Positions 27,194 to 37,702 of a stretch of 64,000 nucleotides of DNA are shown piece by piece. The notes beneath the pieces are model-generated. The model saw only the letters and a program-made list of their open reading frames with translations, was not told where the DNA came from and made no database searches. The stretch comes from Candidatus Parcubacteria bacterium. GTDB taxonomy: Bacteria; Patescibacteriota; Minisyncoccia; Phycocordibacterales; PALSA-1337. Where the stretch lies: assembly GCA_039799225.1 (NCBI GenBank), contig JBDLTF010000003.1:6606-70605 (forward strand), written 5' to 3'. The stretch's first letter is position 1, and every line of letters starts with the position of its first letter. A program made the translations under genes and the position numbers.

Positions 27194-28786
27194 CTACCTC
27201 ATCGCAGGCATCACGATCGTGAATGTCGAGCCAGCACCCTCACCCTTGGATGAGATTTCAATCTTGCCACCATGCCTACGTGCGATAGATTGCGCAAGAT
27301 AGAGACCAACACCAAACCCTTCGGTATCCACCTTCTTCGCACCACGAGTACGATAGAACTTAGAGAAGATACGAGAGGTATCATCTCGTGAGATACCTAT
27401 TCCGCTATCCTCAACCGCGATACGCGCCTTGCCCTTGGCTGTGAATATATGGACCGATACCTTCCCTCCATCCGGTGTATATGCTGCGGCATTCTCGAGC
27501 AAGGTCTGCATGACAAATTGCATGCGCTTCTTATCAACACTCACCATAACACCATCTGCTGCGCAGGTATGTGAGAAGAGAATTTGCTTGGCATCAAACA
27601 AGTGCTGTGCTGCAGCCAAAGGCCCTTTTACGAATGCACAGAGGTCGGCTTGTTCGAATGAATACTGACTACTTCCCCTCTCCGAGTCAGTAAGTTCAAC
27701 AAGCGCACCAGTAAGATCAATGAGTTTATTTCCAGACTCATGAAGTGTCGAGAGCATGGTCTTTTTGTCCACATCCTGCTCATCCGCAATCATCTCTTCG
27801 AGCATCCATTTGCTATGCGTGAGTGGTGTACGGAACTTGTGAGCGACAATAGTGATGAACTCATATTTAAGAAGTTCGTTCTCACGAAGCTTGTTCCAGA
27901 AGAATACCCCGATAACAACGCCGATAATAGAAGATCCCAGTGGAACAGCCCACATCGGAAACCCTTTGATCTGGGTCTGCAACACATACGTAAGCGTATT
28001 GGAGAAGCTTATGAAGCTCACGAGTACCGAAAGAGTAAGGCCATATACGAATGCTCTTTGGATGAATAGTCTCACATCAAATAACTGATACTTGAGCACT
28101 GCATAGGCGATGATTATAGGAAATATCCCGAAGAATCCAGCCCACATCGGATCGAACTGAATGTCATACACCAACAAGAGTGCAGTCTCTCCAACAACGA
28201 ACGCATAGGATATTGCTATAAGAACATAGAGATACCTATTTCTATCGACGGGATCCTTAGCTTGACGATATGCAATAAGGAGACCGGTGAAGTAATAAAT
28301 GCCGACGAGAATGAACCAGAGTCGAGTAATCCATTGATATTCTCCAGCGACATAATAAAACGGGAGGTACATCTTGGGAACCGACGCGAGGAGATACGTC
28401 TCAGGGAACATAATATGGAACAAGAACAATATGATTCCTGTTACATACACGATTGTAAGTCCAATCCTCTGCTTCTTGATTTGACCAGTCAACGCAAGGA
28501 ACCAATGCGTCATGAATATGTCGATTGGAATAACCGCAAGATTGAACATGAATATCTTACGGGAAGCTTCCGCATCAACAGCAATAACTCCGAACACATG
28601 AGATATCTGGAAAATCGCTACCGAGAAACAGGTCAATGCAAATGTGATAATGCGAGCATCAAGGTTCTTGCGACGCAAGAAAATTACCACGAGGGGGAGA
28701 ATAATGTTCAAAGCTCCGCCGAGGAGAAATAACGCATTGTGGGTGAACAAATGGTAGTCCATTGATATTTGCTCTAAGTATAGCAA
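27194..28786 (-). CDS. Sensor histidine kinase with an N-terminal multi-pass (about 7TM) membrane domain, HisKA and HATPase_c
   Basis: H-box HKFRTPLTHSK, N/G-box (ENAAAYTPDGG, VEDSGIGI, GFGVGLYLAQSIARRHGG), and N-terminal 6-7 hydrophobic helices. Confidence 0.8.
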   Translation of the reverse strand: MLYLEQISMDYHLFTHNALFLLGGALNIILPLVVIFLRRKNLDARIITFALTCFSVAIFQISHVFGVIAVDAEASRKIFMFNLAVIPIDIFMTHWFLALTGQIKKQRIGLTIVYVTGIILFLFHIMFPETYLLASVPKMYLPFYYVAGEYQWITRLWFILVGIYYFTGLLIAYRQAKDPVDRNRYLYVLIAISYAFVVGETALLLVYDIQFDPMWAGFFGIFPIIIAYAVLKYQLFDVRLFIQRAFVYGLTLSVLVSFISFSNTLTYVLQTQIKGFPMWAVPLGSSIIGVVIGVFFWNKLRENELLKYEFITIVAHKFRTPLTHSKWMLEEMIADEQDVDKKTMLSTLHESGNKLIDLTGALVELTDSERGSSQYSFEQADLCAFVKGPLAAAQHLFDAKQILFSHTCAADGVMVSVDKKRMQFVMQTLLENAAAYTPDGGKVSVHIFTAKGKARIAVEDSGIGISRDDTSRIFSKFYRTRGAKKVDTEGFGVGLYLAQSIARRHGGKIEISSKGEGAGSTFTIVMPAMR

Positions 28787-28847
28787 AGAAGTCCACCAAT
28801 CTTATTCACATTTGCCTGAGTCCTCGCCCTCCCGTACAATACCCCCT

Positions 28848-29423
28848 ATGCGCGTTATAACTTTCGACATCGAAACAAAGAATCTCTTCCAAGATGTAGG
28901 CACAAACGACCCAGCCGACCTCGATATATCCGTCATATGTATCCACGACTCGCTCGATAACGAGTTTAGAAGCTTCCTCGAAGCTGATTTCAGCAAGCTC
29001 TGGCCTATCCTTGAACAGGCCGATGCATTCGTCACCTGGAATGGGGATCACTTCGACATACCTCTCCTCAACAAGTATTACCCTGGTGACCTCACCAAGA
29101 TAAAAAGTATCGATCTCATGAAAGAGGTTCAGCTCGTGCTCGGCAGACGTCTCAAGCTCGACACTGTAGGTGAAGCAACTCTTGGCAGGAATAAGTCCGG
29201 ACATGGTCTCGATGCTATCGAGTGGTGGAAAAATGGAGAAATCGACAAAATCATCAAGTACTGTATCGAAGATGTTCGTCTCACCCGTGACCTCTACGAC
29301 TATGCGATGGCTAACAAGCATCTCAAGTACAAAGAGCTCGGAGGACTCAAGCAGGTGAAGCTCGATACTTCGACATGGGAAGAGCGCCAAGAGAGTGCGA
29401 TGACGTTCACGCTACCATTCTAA
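28848..29423 (+). CDS. DEDD-family 3'-5' exonuclease (RNase H-like fold; PolB-exo/YprB-like)
   Basis: Exo I FDIET, Exo II WNGDHFDIP and Exo III YCIEDV motifs. Confidence 0.6.
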   Translation: MRVITFDIETKNLFQDVGTNDPADLDISVICIHDSLDNEFRSFLEADFSKLWPILEQADAFVTWNGDHFDIPLLNKYYPGDLTKIKSIDLMKEVQLVLGRRLKLDTVGEATLGRNKSGHGLDAIEWWKNGEIDKIIKYCIEDVRLTRDLYDYAMANKHLKYKELGGLKQVKLDTSTWEERQESAMTFTLPF

Positions 29424-29498
29424 ATTCGCAGAAGTGCGATTAGTTATCGCCTCATTCTTATATTATAATTAATCGTACTTAATCCTAACCTATTCACT

Positions 29499-30233
29499 AT
29501 GGACCCAAAACCACATCCTGCACTCACCCTCCCTGCCGCAATAATTGTTGCAGGAGCGCTCATAGCGATATCTATAATCTGGGTGAAGAAGCCAGTAAGT
29601 GTACCTGCGACAACATCGGGTCAACCGACAATTGCTGAGATCTCAATGGCTCCAATAACTTCTGCAGATCATATTCTTGGAAACCCTGAGGCACAAATCA
29701 CGATTGTCGAATATTCCGACCCTTCATGTCCATATTGTAAGATGTTCCATCCGACAATGAAGAAAGTCATCGACGAGTATGGCCCGACAGGAAAGGTTGC
29801 ATGGGTGTATCGCTCATTCCCTCTCGACAAGGCTGATTCACAAGGACGAATCCTCCATCCCAACGCTGGTACGCAGGCACAAGCCCAGGAATGTGCAGCG
29901 GCTCTTGGTGGCAATAATGCATTCTGGAAATACACTGATCGTCTCTATGAGGTTGTCCAATCAGACCAAGGTATAACTCTCGAGAACTCAGAGCTTCCTG
30001 TCATCGCAAAATATGCCGGCCTCGACACAATCAACTTCAATGAATGTCTTTCGAGCGGTCGTTTCAAAGACAAAGTTGAGAAGAGCTATCTCGATGGCAT
30101 AAATGCAGGAGTTTCAGGAACACCGTATTCAGTCATCATTACTCCATCAGGTTCGAAGATTCCTCTCGTTGGTGCGCAGTCATATGCGACACTCAAGCAG
30201 ACTATCGAAGCATTGCTGACTGACAGTAAGTAG
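29499..30233 (+). CDS. DsbA-family thiol:disulfide oxidoreductase, membrane anchored
   Basis: N-terminal TM helix. Thioredoxin-fold CPYC active site in DPSCPYCKMFHP. Confidence 0.75.
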   Translation: MDPKPHPALTLPAAIIVAGALIAISIIWVKKPVSVPATTSGQPTIAEISMAPITSADHILGNPEAQITIVEYSDPSCPYCKMFHPTMKKVIDEYGPTGKVAWVYRSFPLDKADSQGRILHPNAGTQAQAQECAAALGGNNAFWKYTDRLYEVVQSDQGITLENSELPVIAKYAGLDTINFNECLSSGRFKDKVEKSYLDGINAGVSGTPYSVIITPSGSKIPLVGAQSYATLKQTIEALLTDSK

Positions 30234-30253
30234 TTTTCAGAGTTTAGATGAGT

Positions 30254-30282
30254 AAAAAAGCCTTCATATGAAGGCTTTTTTA
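30254..30282. terminator. Bidirectional rho-independent terminator between convergent genes
   Basis: aaaaaagccttca-tatg-aaggctttttt. Confidence 0.65.
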
Positions 30283-33270
30283 TATCCCCGCAAGACCACA
30301 CCACTCACACTCCTCGTCATCACATTTCTTACCAGTGACTTCCCCACTCCATACAGAATCAATGAGGGACTGAATTTCTTTTTTGACACGCTCAACATCT
30401 TCATCAGTTATCGGAAGAGTCACCGTCGGACATCTTCCTTTGTCATCTGGAGATACGAACACGAGCGCGGGTGTAATCCTCTTGGTGCGCCATTTGATCT
30501 CATCAGCAAGAAGCATCTTATAGAATATAAGCTGGCGGAAGTATCCTCCATCCGAGCTCTTGGTCTCTCCCTTTATCGCATTCACCGACATAGCCTGCTT
30601 GGTCTTGTAGTCGAACACAGAGACTTCATCCTGACGATCAAGTATCGCATCGAGCTTACCGTGAAGAGGAATACTCACCGCTTCCCCCGCAAATGTCCCC
30701 GTGAATATAGTTTTGACCCAATGCTCGGCATATATGGCATCCTTCTCACCTTTGAGCATGAAGTGACTTTCGAGAGCTTCAGCAACGGCAGGAGCATCTG
30801 TGAGCAGCTCTTTCTTCACTGCCTCCTTCTCTGAAAATGGCAGAAATGATGTCTTGAAATATTCAGTGAGTGAGCTTTCAAGAATTTCTTGAATACGATG
30901 TACACGCGCACGACCATCAGCGATGGTAAATACATCTGATCTCCACACGGTTGAAATTGCTTCATGCATCGCGGTTCCTCTATCTGCGGAAACAGATGGT
31001 GCCTGCGGAACTTTGAGAATGCTCTGATACAAAAAGGTATTTGGACATTTCAAGAAATGGTTGAGTGCCGTAACAGAAAGTCCCTTCTCAAGAAGAACTC
31101 TCTTGGCAATATCGACCGCCTGCTGGTCACGAGCAGAACGAGGTGCGCTCGCAGCGGATTGATCTAATGACGCACTCGAGAGCACTGTAGCCGCATCGAC
31201 TCTCTGAGCAGAGCTCTGGACGATATGTGTCTCATTGAGCTCAGCTATGAATCGCAATGGTGTCAGACGCTTACCATCAGACTCTTCGAGTGCTGTGAGA
31301 ACGGTAGCCTTCTCACGGGCGCGCGTAAGGGCCACATAGAAGAGGCGGCGCACATCGCGAACATCGTTTCGACTGAATTCCTTCACAGGCAAAACAAATG
31401 AAGATCCGCGAGGTTTACCGATCCACGCCTCATCAGTTGCATACGGAATGAACACATAGTCGAACTCAAGACCCTTGCTTCCGTGCGCAGTCAACGCTTG
31501 GAACCGTGCTTCGGGTGCACCAACATTAACTTCAACCATTCGAGATTCAGCTGAAATACGATACGCCAGTAGGGATTCCATCAATTTCAATGGTTCACCA
31601 ATTTTCCCGTCACGAATAATAGATTCTGCCTTCGATACTATGCCACGCCAAACACTTATATAGACTGGGTCTCGCATCAATATTCCTGTATAGCCAGATT
31701 TTTCGGCAACATGCACAATAAATCCAAGTGGTGAATCGTTGAGCATCTGTCTTTGTATATGCAAAAGACCCGGTAATTTTGTTTCAAATAATTCTTTGTC
31801 AGCCTGACCACTTTTGACGAGTCTAACTAGTTCGCCCGCCTCTCCAAATGAAATGTTCCACATACCTGCAACAATAGTTCGGGCAAGTGCATCTATCCTA
31901 CTTGGATCGACAAGATACTGAATAAGGTCAAAATAGAGAGACCCGACTGGGTGATTGAATATATCTATACTTCGCTTAGAAGAAATCTTAACGGCATTCG
32001 ACTCACATAGACGTATGACGCGATCGAGATCCCTATTCCTGCGGACAATGATGGCAACTGTCGCGTAGGGATGATTAGTAGAAATGCTTTTCAAATCAGA
32101 AATCATGCGCATCTCGGCAGCGGCAACATTCTCGCCAGTGACCACCTCAACATTCTTGTCTGCTTTCACCGCCTTCCCCCTACCACTCTTGAGCTCTACG
32201 CGTAAATCTTTGTGCTCATCCTCGCCATAGTTATTCTCAATCATACCGAAGCTCGCATCAAGAATTCCCTGATGTGAACGATAGTTGGTATCGAGTGAGA
32301 TAAGCTTCATGGCCGGCCACTTCTTGCGGGCGAATAAGAAGTTCTCGACGGATGCGCCTTGGAATCGATAAATAGCCTGTTTCTCATCACCCACCATGAA
32401 GATGTTCGGCGTCTCGAAAAATTCCGCAATGAGTGCCACGATGAAATTCTGAGCATCATTGGTATCCTGATGCTCATCGACCAATATATAGAGGAATCTT
32501 TCTTGAATAAGTCTCAACAGAAGCTGATCATCTCTCAGTGCGACAAGAAGCTCAATAATGAGGTCACTAAAGTCGAGCTTCTTCGCTTCCCTTTTCTTCT
32601 CTTCGTAAAGTTCATAAGCGGATGCGAACAAGCGAGTACGTTCGCATTTCGCAATTTGTTCCTTAGCATCTGCTTTGAGTTGCCCCTTGGTCGCTCCACG
32701 CGTAGAGATAGATTCCGGGTCATCTTGAATGCTCTTTATTTCACGATCGATATGCTGACGAACCATCTCGGGCGTCAGAGCTTGTCTCTTCGATTCTTCG
32801 ATAGACTTGATAATGCCTGCAACATAGTGGTCAGGCTTACTCACTGGTCGTATATCGCTGAATGTTTCTCCAGAAATGATATCTCTGATGAGGGTCTCCT
32901 GCTCGATATCAGTCATAACTTTCATCTCATGAATCTGTAGGAAATGGTCTGGATACTCGGCGATCATCGCTGCCGCAAAACTGTGGAAGGTATGGATCTG
33001 GACATCATGCGCGCGAGCTCCGATAACTCCCTGCAATTTTGCACGCATCGCTTTGACGCCTGCGTCGGTGTAAGTGATTGCAAGAATACCGTTGGCGGGA
33101 GTATCTGTCTTGCGGAGAATATTTGCGATACGAAGTGTGAGGATGGTTGTCTTACCCGTCCCTGGTCCAGCGATGACCATAACCGGACCTTCGATAGTAT
33201 CGACAGCTTGCTTCTGAGCAGTGTTGAGCTTGGCGTAGAATGTGTCGAATGCTGTGGTAGACATAGTCAC
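30280..33270 (-). CDS. UvrD/PcrA-type superfamily 1 helicase fused to a C-terminal PD-(D/E)XK (RecB/Cas4-like) nuclease domain with a Cys cluster
   Basis: Walker A AGPGTGKTT, motif II VDEHQDTN and the UvrD C-terminal motifs (VALTRAREK). The C-terminal about 250 aa has nuclease-like DYK/EVSVFDYKTKQ residues and four Cys (C...CDDEECEWCG). Confidence 0.75.
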   Translation of the reverse strand: MTMSTTAFDTFYAKLNTAQKQAVDTIEGPVMVIAGPGTGKTTILTLRIANILRKTDTPANGILAITYTDAGVKAMRAKLQGVIGARAHDVQIHTFHSFAAAMIAEYPDHFLQIHEMKVMTDIEQETLIRDIISGETFSDIRPVSKPDHYVAGIIKSIEESKRQALTPEMVRQHIDREIKSIQDDPESISTRGATKGQLKADAKEQIAKCERTRLFASAYELYEEKKREAKKLDFSDLIIELLVALRDDQLLLRLIQERFLYILVDEHQDTNDAQNFIVALIAEFFETPNIFMVGDEKQAIYRFQGASVENFLFARKKWPAMKLISLDTNYRSHQGILDASFGMIENNYGEDEHKDLRVELKSGRGKAVKADKNVEVVTGENVAAAEMRMISDLKSISTNHPYATVAIIVRRNRDLDRVIRLCESNAVKISSKRSIDIFNHPVGSLYFDLIQYLVDPSRIDALARTIVAGMWNISFGEAGELVRLVKSGQADKELFETKLPGLLHIQRQMLNDSPLGFIVHVAEKSGYTGILMRDPVYISVWRGIVSKAESIIRDGKIGEPLKLMESLLAYRISAESRMVEVNVGAPEARFQALTAHGSKGLEFDYVFIPYATDEAWIGKPRGSSFVLPVKEFSRNDVRDVRRLFYVALTRAREKATVLTALEESDGKRLTPLRFIAELNETHIVQSSAQRVDAATVLSSASLDQSAASAPRSARDQQAVDIAKRVLLEKGLSVTALNHFLKCPNTFLYQSILKVPQAPSVSADRGTAMHEAISTVWRSDVFTIADGRARVHRIQEILESSLTEYFKTSFLPFSEKEAVKKELLTDAPAVAEALESHFMLKGEKDAIYAEHWVKTIFTGTFAGEAVSIPLHGKLDAILDRQDEVSVFDYKTKQAMSVNAIKGETKSSDGGYFRQLIFYKMLLADEIKWRTKRITPALVFVSPDDKGRCPTVTLPITDEDVERVKKEIQSLIDSVWSGEVTGKKCDDEECEWCGLAGI

Positions 33271-33315
33271 CCTATGCTATCATTTTGACTAGAATACAAC
33301 CACCGGAGGTACCTC

Positions 33316-33603
33316 ATGTTGAAAATGCTGAAAGCAAATATCGGAGCGATGATTTTCATCGTGCTGTTATTGTTTTGGATTGTCATGATTGCATATGTCA
33401 TGATAATGGATCGCATACTTATCAAGTCTTCTACACCCGTTGTTGCCCTATTTATAATCGCATCTGTCGTAGGATTAGGATTATTCATCATACTCATGTT
33501 CGAATTGGCAGCTCATGGGTGGCGAAAACTCATCAAATTACCAGTTCACAACTGGTGGCAAGCGAATGAAAAACGTCGCCGCCAACGAAAAGGATTGGAC
33601 TAA
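33316..33603 (+). CDS. Hypothetical small membrane protein (2-3 TM)
   Basis: Hydrophobic helices followed by a basic C-tail. A terminator follows the gene. Confidence 0.35.
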   Translation: MLKMLKANIGAMIFIVLLLFWIVMIAYVMIMDRILIKSSTPVVALFIIASVVGLGLFIILMFELAAHGWRKLIKLPVHNWWQANEKRRRQRKGLD

Positions 33604-33627
33604 CACCCATTATCCATTTAGACATCA

Positions 33628-33690
33628 AGCTCCCTTCGGGGGGCTTTTCATATAATAAAAAAGCGCACATCTCAACAAAGAGATGTGCGC
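33628..33690. terminator. Two convergent rho-independent terminators
   Basis: gctccc-ttcg-ggggc+TTTTC for the plus-strand gene. aaaaaagcgcacatctc-aacaaa-gagatgtgcgc, which gives a T-run on the minus strand, for the 33734..35311 gene. Confidence 0.6.
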
Positions 33691-33733
33691 ACTGAATTGT
33701 AGAAACCTTCTACTTATCGAATTCAAACTACTG

Positions 33734-35311
33734 TTACGGCTTGAGAGCTGACCGGAAGAACTGCTTTTCCTTCAACAGATCAGCCTGGGGAACCTGGTAC
33801 TTGAGGATGCCCGTCGTGTTCATGTTACTCGCGATGGGTATCCAGGCTTCAGCAGGCGGAATGTTCGTTATCGCATGCAACTCCTGTTCGAATCCAGGCT
33901 GAGCCGTCAACATGATCGTCATGATTTTCAACGTAGGAGGTAGGAACGGTACCGACGCATCAGTGTCACCCACATCGGTCCATGTTGAGGAGTACGCAGG
34001 ACCGCCGAAGTTGTAGGTCTCAATGAACACCGTCGACAGATAACTGGCGTAGGCAGGATTTTCCATATCTACCTGCGTGTAAACCAACTGCTTGTCGATG
34101 TAGTAATACACCGCGCCATTGTCATACGAGATACGGAGATCATGCCACCCAGGTGTAACTGGTGCCGGCAAGAGAACCCAACCAATCGTATCGTTCCAAA
34201 CCTCCCATACCACATTGGTAGTAGCAGGAGTCGGGTCGGGACGGTTATTCGTATCGCCGCCGAAGATGCCTATGATGAAGTAATCCGCAGTAGGTTCACT
34301 CAAACCAGTTCGCGCCCACAAGTCTGTCCGAACGGGAACCGCTGTTCCATTCGCAACATTCGCGGAGACGTACACTGATCCATAAGCCGCCCAGTGGTTG
34401 TTCGTAGTAACATTCGCAGGGATTTGAAACCCTTTGGTGTTGTAGAACGCACTAGATTCATCGAAGCTCGACGGATCGACAGTGAACTGTAGTGCTCTGC
34501 GACCATCCACCTCGACGATGTCGACTGAGTCGGGCGCCGAACGATCGATGAGCATCTCACTTGACCACGAGGCCGTGTAGGCTGTGCCGCCGAAGTTGTA
34601 AGCTTCAATGAACACTGTGCTGAGCTGATTGATAGCTTCAGGCGTTGCGGCATTGTTTGTATCAGTCGAAACCAGTATGTCATTCAGATAGTAGTCAACG
34701 AGACCACCGTGTTTGGCGACTTTGATCTCATTCCATCCTCCTGTAATAGGTGTAGACAGATAGAGCCATTCGCCGACATACCCATCCCAGACTTCCCAAG
34801 TCACGGTGACTGTGGAAGGAGTAGGGTTGGCGCGGTTGTTCGTATCACCAGCGAAGACGCCGATAATGTAGTAGTTCGCAGTTTCTTCGTTTCCTACTGG
34901 ACCAGTACGAGCCCACAGATCTGATCTGAAGGGCGCCGTCGGATTATTGGTCAGTTCGGAAGGAATGTAGAGCGATGCTTCCACGACCCAGTCACCATTA
35001 GTACTCACACCAGGCGATTTGCTGTATCCCTGTGTGTTGTAAAACGGGTATTGATAGGCCGCCGGACGGTTGTCCAAACTTTCCGCAGGGTCGATCCCGA
35101 TCTGCAACGCCAACCGTCCCGCAACCGGGCTGAGGCCGAATGAATGAGGCTGGTAACGATCCACGTTCCAGTTGTTGGTCGAGGGTGTAAGCACCCAGCT
35201 ATTCGTCGTAGGCGTGAACAAGTTGTTCGTCGCCGCGTCCGAGTGAAGGGCCATAAGGCCAATGCCAGCCACGATGAGGCTAGCGGTTCGAGTCAGTATT
35301 GATTTTTTCAT
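33734..35311 (-). CDS. Secreted protein with an internal duplication of an about 200-aa domain of unknown function
   Basis: Signal peptide MKKSILTRTASLIVAGIGLMALHSDA. Two repeats share ...DLWARTG...Y(Y/F)IIG(V/I)F(A/G)GDTNNR.(N/D)PTP...V.WEVW....G. Confidence 0.55.
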   Translation of the reverse strand: MKKSILTRTASLIVAGIGLMALHSDAATNNLFTPTTNSWVLTPSTNNWNVDRYQPHSFGLSPVAGRLALQIGIDPAESLDNRPAAYQYPFYNTQGYSKSPGVSTNGDWVVEASLYIPSELTNNPTAPFRSDLWARTGPVGNEETANYYIIGVFAGDTNNRANPTPSTVTVTWEVWDGYVGEWLYLSTPITGGWNEIKVAKHGGLVDYYLNDILVSTDTNNAATPEAINQLSTVFIEAYNFGGTAYTASWSSEMLIDRSAPDSVDIVEVDGRRALQFTVDPSSFDESSAFYNTKGFQIPANVTTNNHWAAYGSVYVSANVANGTAVPVRTDLWARTGLSEPTADYFIIGIFGGDTNNRPDPTPATTNVVWEVWNDTIGWVLLPAPVTPGWHDLRISYDNGAVYYYIDKQLVYTQVDMENPAYASYLSTVFIETYNFGGPAYSSTWTDVGDTDASVPFLPPTLKIMTIMLTAQPGFEQELHAITNIPPAEAWIPIASNMNTTGILKYQVPQADLLKEKQFFRSALKP

Positions 35312-35521
35312 GTTCAGTCTATCTTCCTTCTCTATCTTTTTGGTTCGTTGTTCATGTAACCTCTGCCAAGCAGAAATCACGTCCTTTAGGACTCTAACAC
35401 ACTATTTTGATTTAATCAAATCCTCAGTTAAATCTCTTCATATTTCACAAAATATGGAAATAAAAAAGAAGCAAACCGCGAGGGCTTGCTTCTTGTGTTC
35501 TAACAAAGGACTATAAACCAA

Positions 35522-36235
35522 TCACTTCCGGCGGCGGATACGCTGCACGAATGCAAGCGAACTGATACCGAGAAGAGCGAGCGACGATGGCTCGGGGACA
35601 GACACGACCATATCCACTTGAGCGATACGGTACCCGTTAGGACCGGCGCCAGGGAGTGTAGCAAAGAGTGTGTACAGATAATTACCGCTGAGATTCGGAT
35701 CGGCTCCGGTGAACACCGGGTTCTGCGAATTCTGGGCGATGTTCAAAATAGGAGCATACACTGAAGATAGTCCTTCGACACCCATTCCATTAGCCGTAGC
35801 ATTGTCGCCATACGAATTGTCCGCATACGCGGTCAAGAGGTTAATTGTCGGCGGTGACCACGAGGGTCCGCTCGCTGAGAGATAGAAGTCGAACATGTTC
35901 AACTTCTGCACGCCGAAACTTTGAGGATCGACGTTAATCGAGAACTCATAGTTGAACTTGTTACGGACAGGACCAGGGTAGCTGCCCGTCGAGAACAGGA
36001 ATGTCCCCGCGCCGTTATTGGGCGTTGCGCCGGTAAGGCGATCCTTGGCACGAAGGCCGAGTTGTAGGTTGTATGCCGTATCGGTCCAGGTAGTCCAACC
36101 CGTGTTGGGATTTCCTGACCCCAAGATGGCGGTGACGTTCTGGTTGAAGTCGAGGCTTGTTACGGCGAATGAACGGATAGGAACCGCGGCGGCAAGCGTC
36201 GCGATGACAATAAGGGACACGAGTGTTTTCTTCAT
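35522..36235 (-). CDS. PEP-CTERM sorting-domain protein (putative exosortase substrate)
   Basis: N-terminal signal peptide (MKKTLVSLIVIATLAAAVPIRSFA). The C-terminus VSVPEPSSLALLGISSLAFVQRIRRRK is the canonical PEP motif plus TM helix plus Arg-rich tail. Confidence 0.7.
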   Translation of the reverse strand: MKKTLVSLIVIATLAAAVPIRSFAVTSLDFNQNVTAILGSGNPNTGWTTWTDTAYNLQLGLRAKDRLTGATPNNGAGTFLFSTGSYPGPVRNKFNYEFSINVDPQSFGVQKLNMFDFYLSASGPSWSPPTINLLTAYADNSYGDNATANGMGVEGLSSVYAPILNIAQNSQNPVFTGADPNLSGNYLYTLFATLPGAGPNGYRIAQVDMVVSVPEPSSLALLGISSLAFVQRIRRRK

Positions 36236-36384
36236 AGGTACTATCGGGTTCTGTCTGTTTTGGTTTTCAAGTGTACAGCCGACATGGCTATACATCACTA
36301 TATTCAGGTTTATATATACCACAAAATATACAAAAAAGCAAGTATTCCTACTTGCTGGTTTGATATGGCTCAACAGAGCTGTAT

Positions 36385-37605
36385 TTAGTAGTTCTTGAGC
36401 TGATTGATCTTCTCGTGTTGACGAATCTTCTCATGAGCCTTGGCTTCAATCTGACGGATACGTTCGCGGGTAACACCGAACTCCTTACCTACTTCCTCGA
36501 GAGTATGAGTGATACCATCGTTGAGACCATGGCGCATCTCGAGAATCTTGCGCTCCTTCTCAGAAAGGTCGCCGAGAATCATGTTGACCTGATCACGGAG
36601 GATACGGCGTGAGGACTCTTGTTCAGGAGAAAGAATCTTGTCGTCAGGAATGAAGTCCTGAAGAGTAGACTTGTCTTCCCCATCATCACCGACAGGACTC
36701 TCGAGCGAGACAACGTCCTGCTCAATCTTCTCAATCTGATAGATCTTGTCGACATCCATACCCATCTCGGTAGCGATCTCGTCGGGAAGAGGTTCACGAC
36801 CGAGGTCATGTGAGAGACGGCGGACGACCTGCTTGTACTTGGCAATAGTTTCCACCATGTGCACGGGAACGCGGATAGTACGGGACTGGTCAGCGAGTGC
36901 GCGAGTGATAGCCTGACGAATCCACCAGGTCGCATAGGTCGAGAATTTGTATCCCTTGGTCCAGTCGAACTTATCGACGGCGCGGAAGAGACCGAGGTTT
37001 CCTTCCTGGATGAGGTCGAGCAAGGTCAGGTCTGGTGAACGACCGACATATTTCTTGGCAATAGACACCACGAGACGGAGGTTTGCCTTAGCAAGGAGGT
37101 TCTTAGCCTCTTCATCGCCATTCTGGATGCGGCGTGCGAGATCCTTCTCATCAGACGCAGTGATGAGTGGATACTGACCGATCTCCTTGAGATACATCTG
37201 GATCGAGTCGTATGCGGAATCAGATCCGGTACGTGAATAGTGCGTAGCGGCTTTCTTGGGATTGAGCTCTTCTATTTCGAGAAGACCTCCTCCTTCGAGA
37301 ACGTCGACATTGGCAGCGGTGAACTTGCTATAAAGCTCATCGAGGAAGATGATATCGTTTTCGATCTGTGGGAACTCTTTGAGAATCTCGTCATAGGTGA
37401 CGAAACCGCGATCACGGCCCTTATTAATGAGTTTGGTTGCACGTACTTCGAAATCCTTGGCTTTGTCGGCCCTGCTGAGCTTCTTGGGTGCAGGCTTTTT
37501 GACAGGCTTTGAACCCTTCGACGCCTTCGGCACCAGCTTCTTTTTGGGAGCTGGGCGCTTCGTGGACGAATGCTTCTTAGAAGCCTTCTTCTTTGTTGTA
37601 CTCAT
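36385..37605 (-). CDS. rpoD: RNA polymerase sigma factor RpoD (sigma-70)
   Basis: Region 2 ([24 protein letters not shown]), and regions 3 and 4 ([35 protein letters not shown]). Confidence 0.93.
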   Translation of the reverse strand: MSTTKKKASKKHSSTKRPAPKKKLVPKASKGSKPVKKPAPKKLSRADKAKDFEVRATKLINKGRDRGFVTYDEILKEFPQIENDIIFLDELYSKFTAANVDVLEGGGLLEIEELNPKKAATHYSRTGSDSAYDSIQMYLKEIGQYPLITASDEKDLARRIQNGDEEAKNLLAKANLRLVVSIAKKYVGRSPDLTLLDLIQEGNLGLFRAVDKFDWTKGYKFSTYATWWIRQAITRALADQSRTIRVPVHMVETIAKYKQVVRRLSHDLGREPLPDEIATEMGMDVDKIYQIEKIEQDVVSLESPVGDDGEDKSTLQDFIPDDKILSPEQESSRRILRDQVNMILGDLSEKERKILEMRHGLNDGITHTLEEVGKEFGVTRERIRQIEAKAHEKIRQHEKINQLKNY

Positions 37606-37702
37606 GAAAAGATGGGAGATAGTTAAGTAACCCGATGATTATAAAGTATTATGCCGTAATGCGCAAGGTTTGAGCCAATTCTAGGAAAACATGCTTAACG
37701 AC

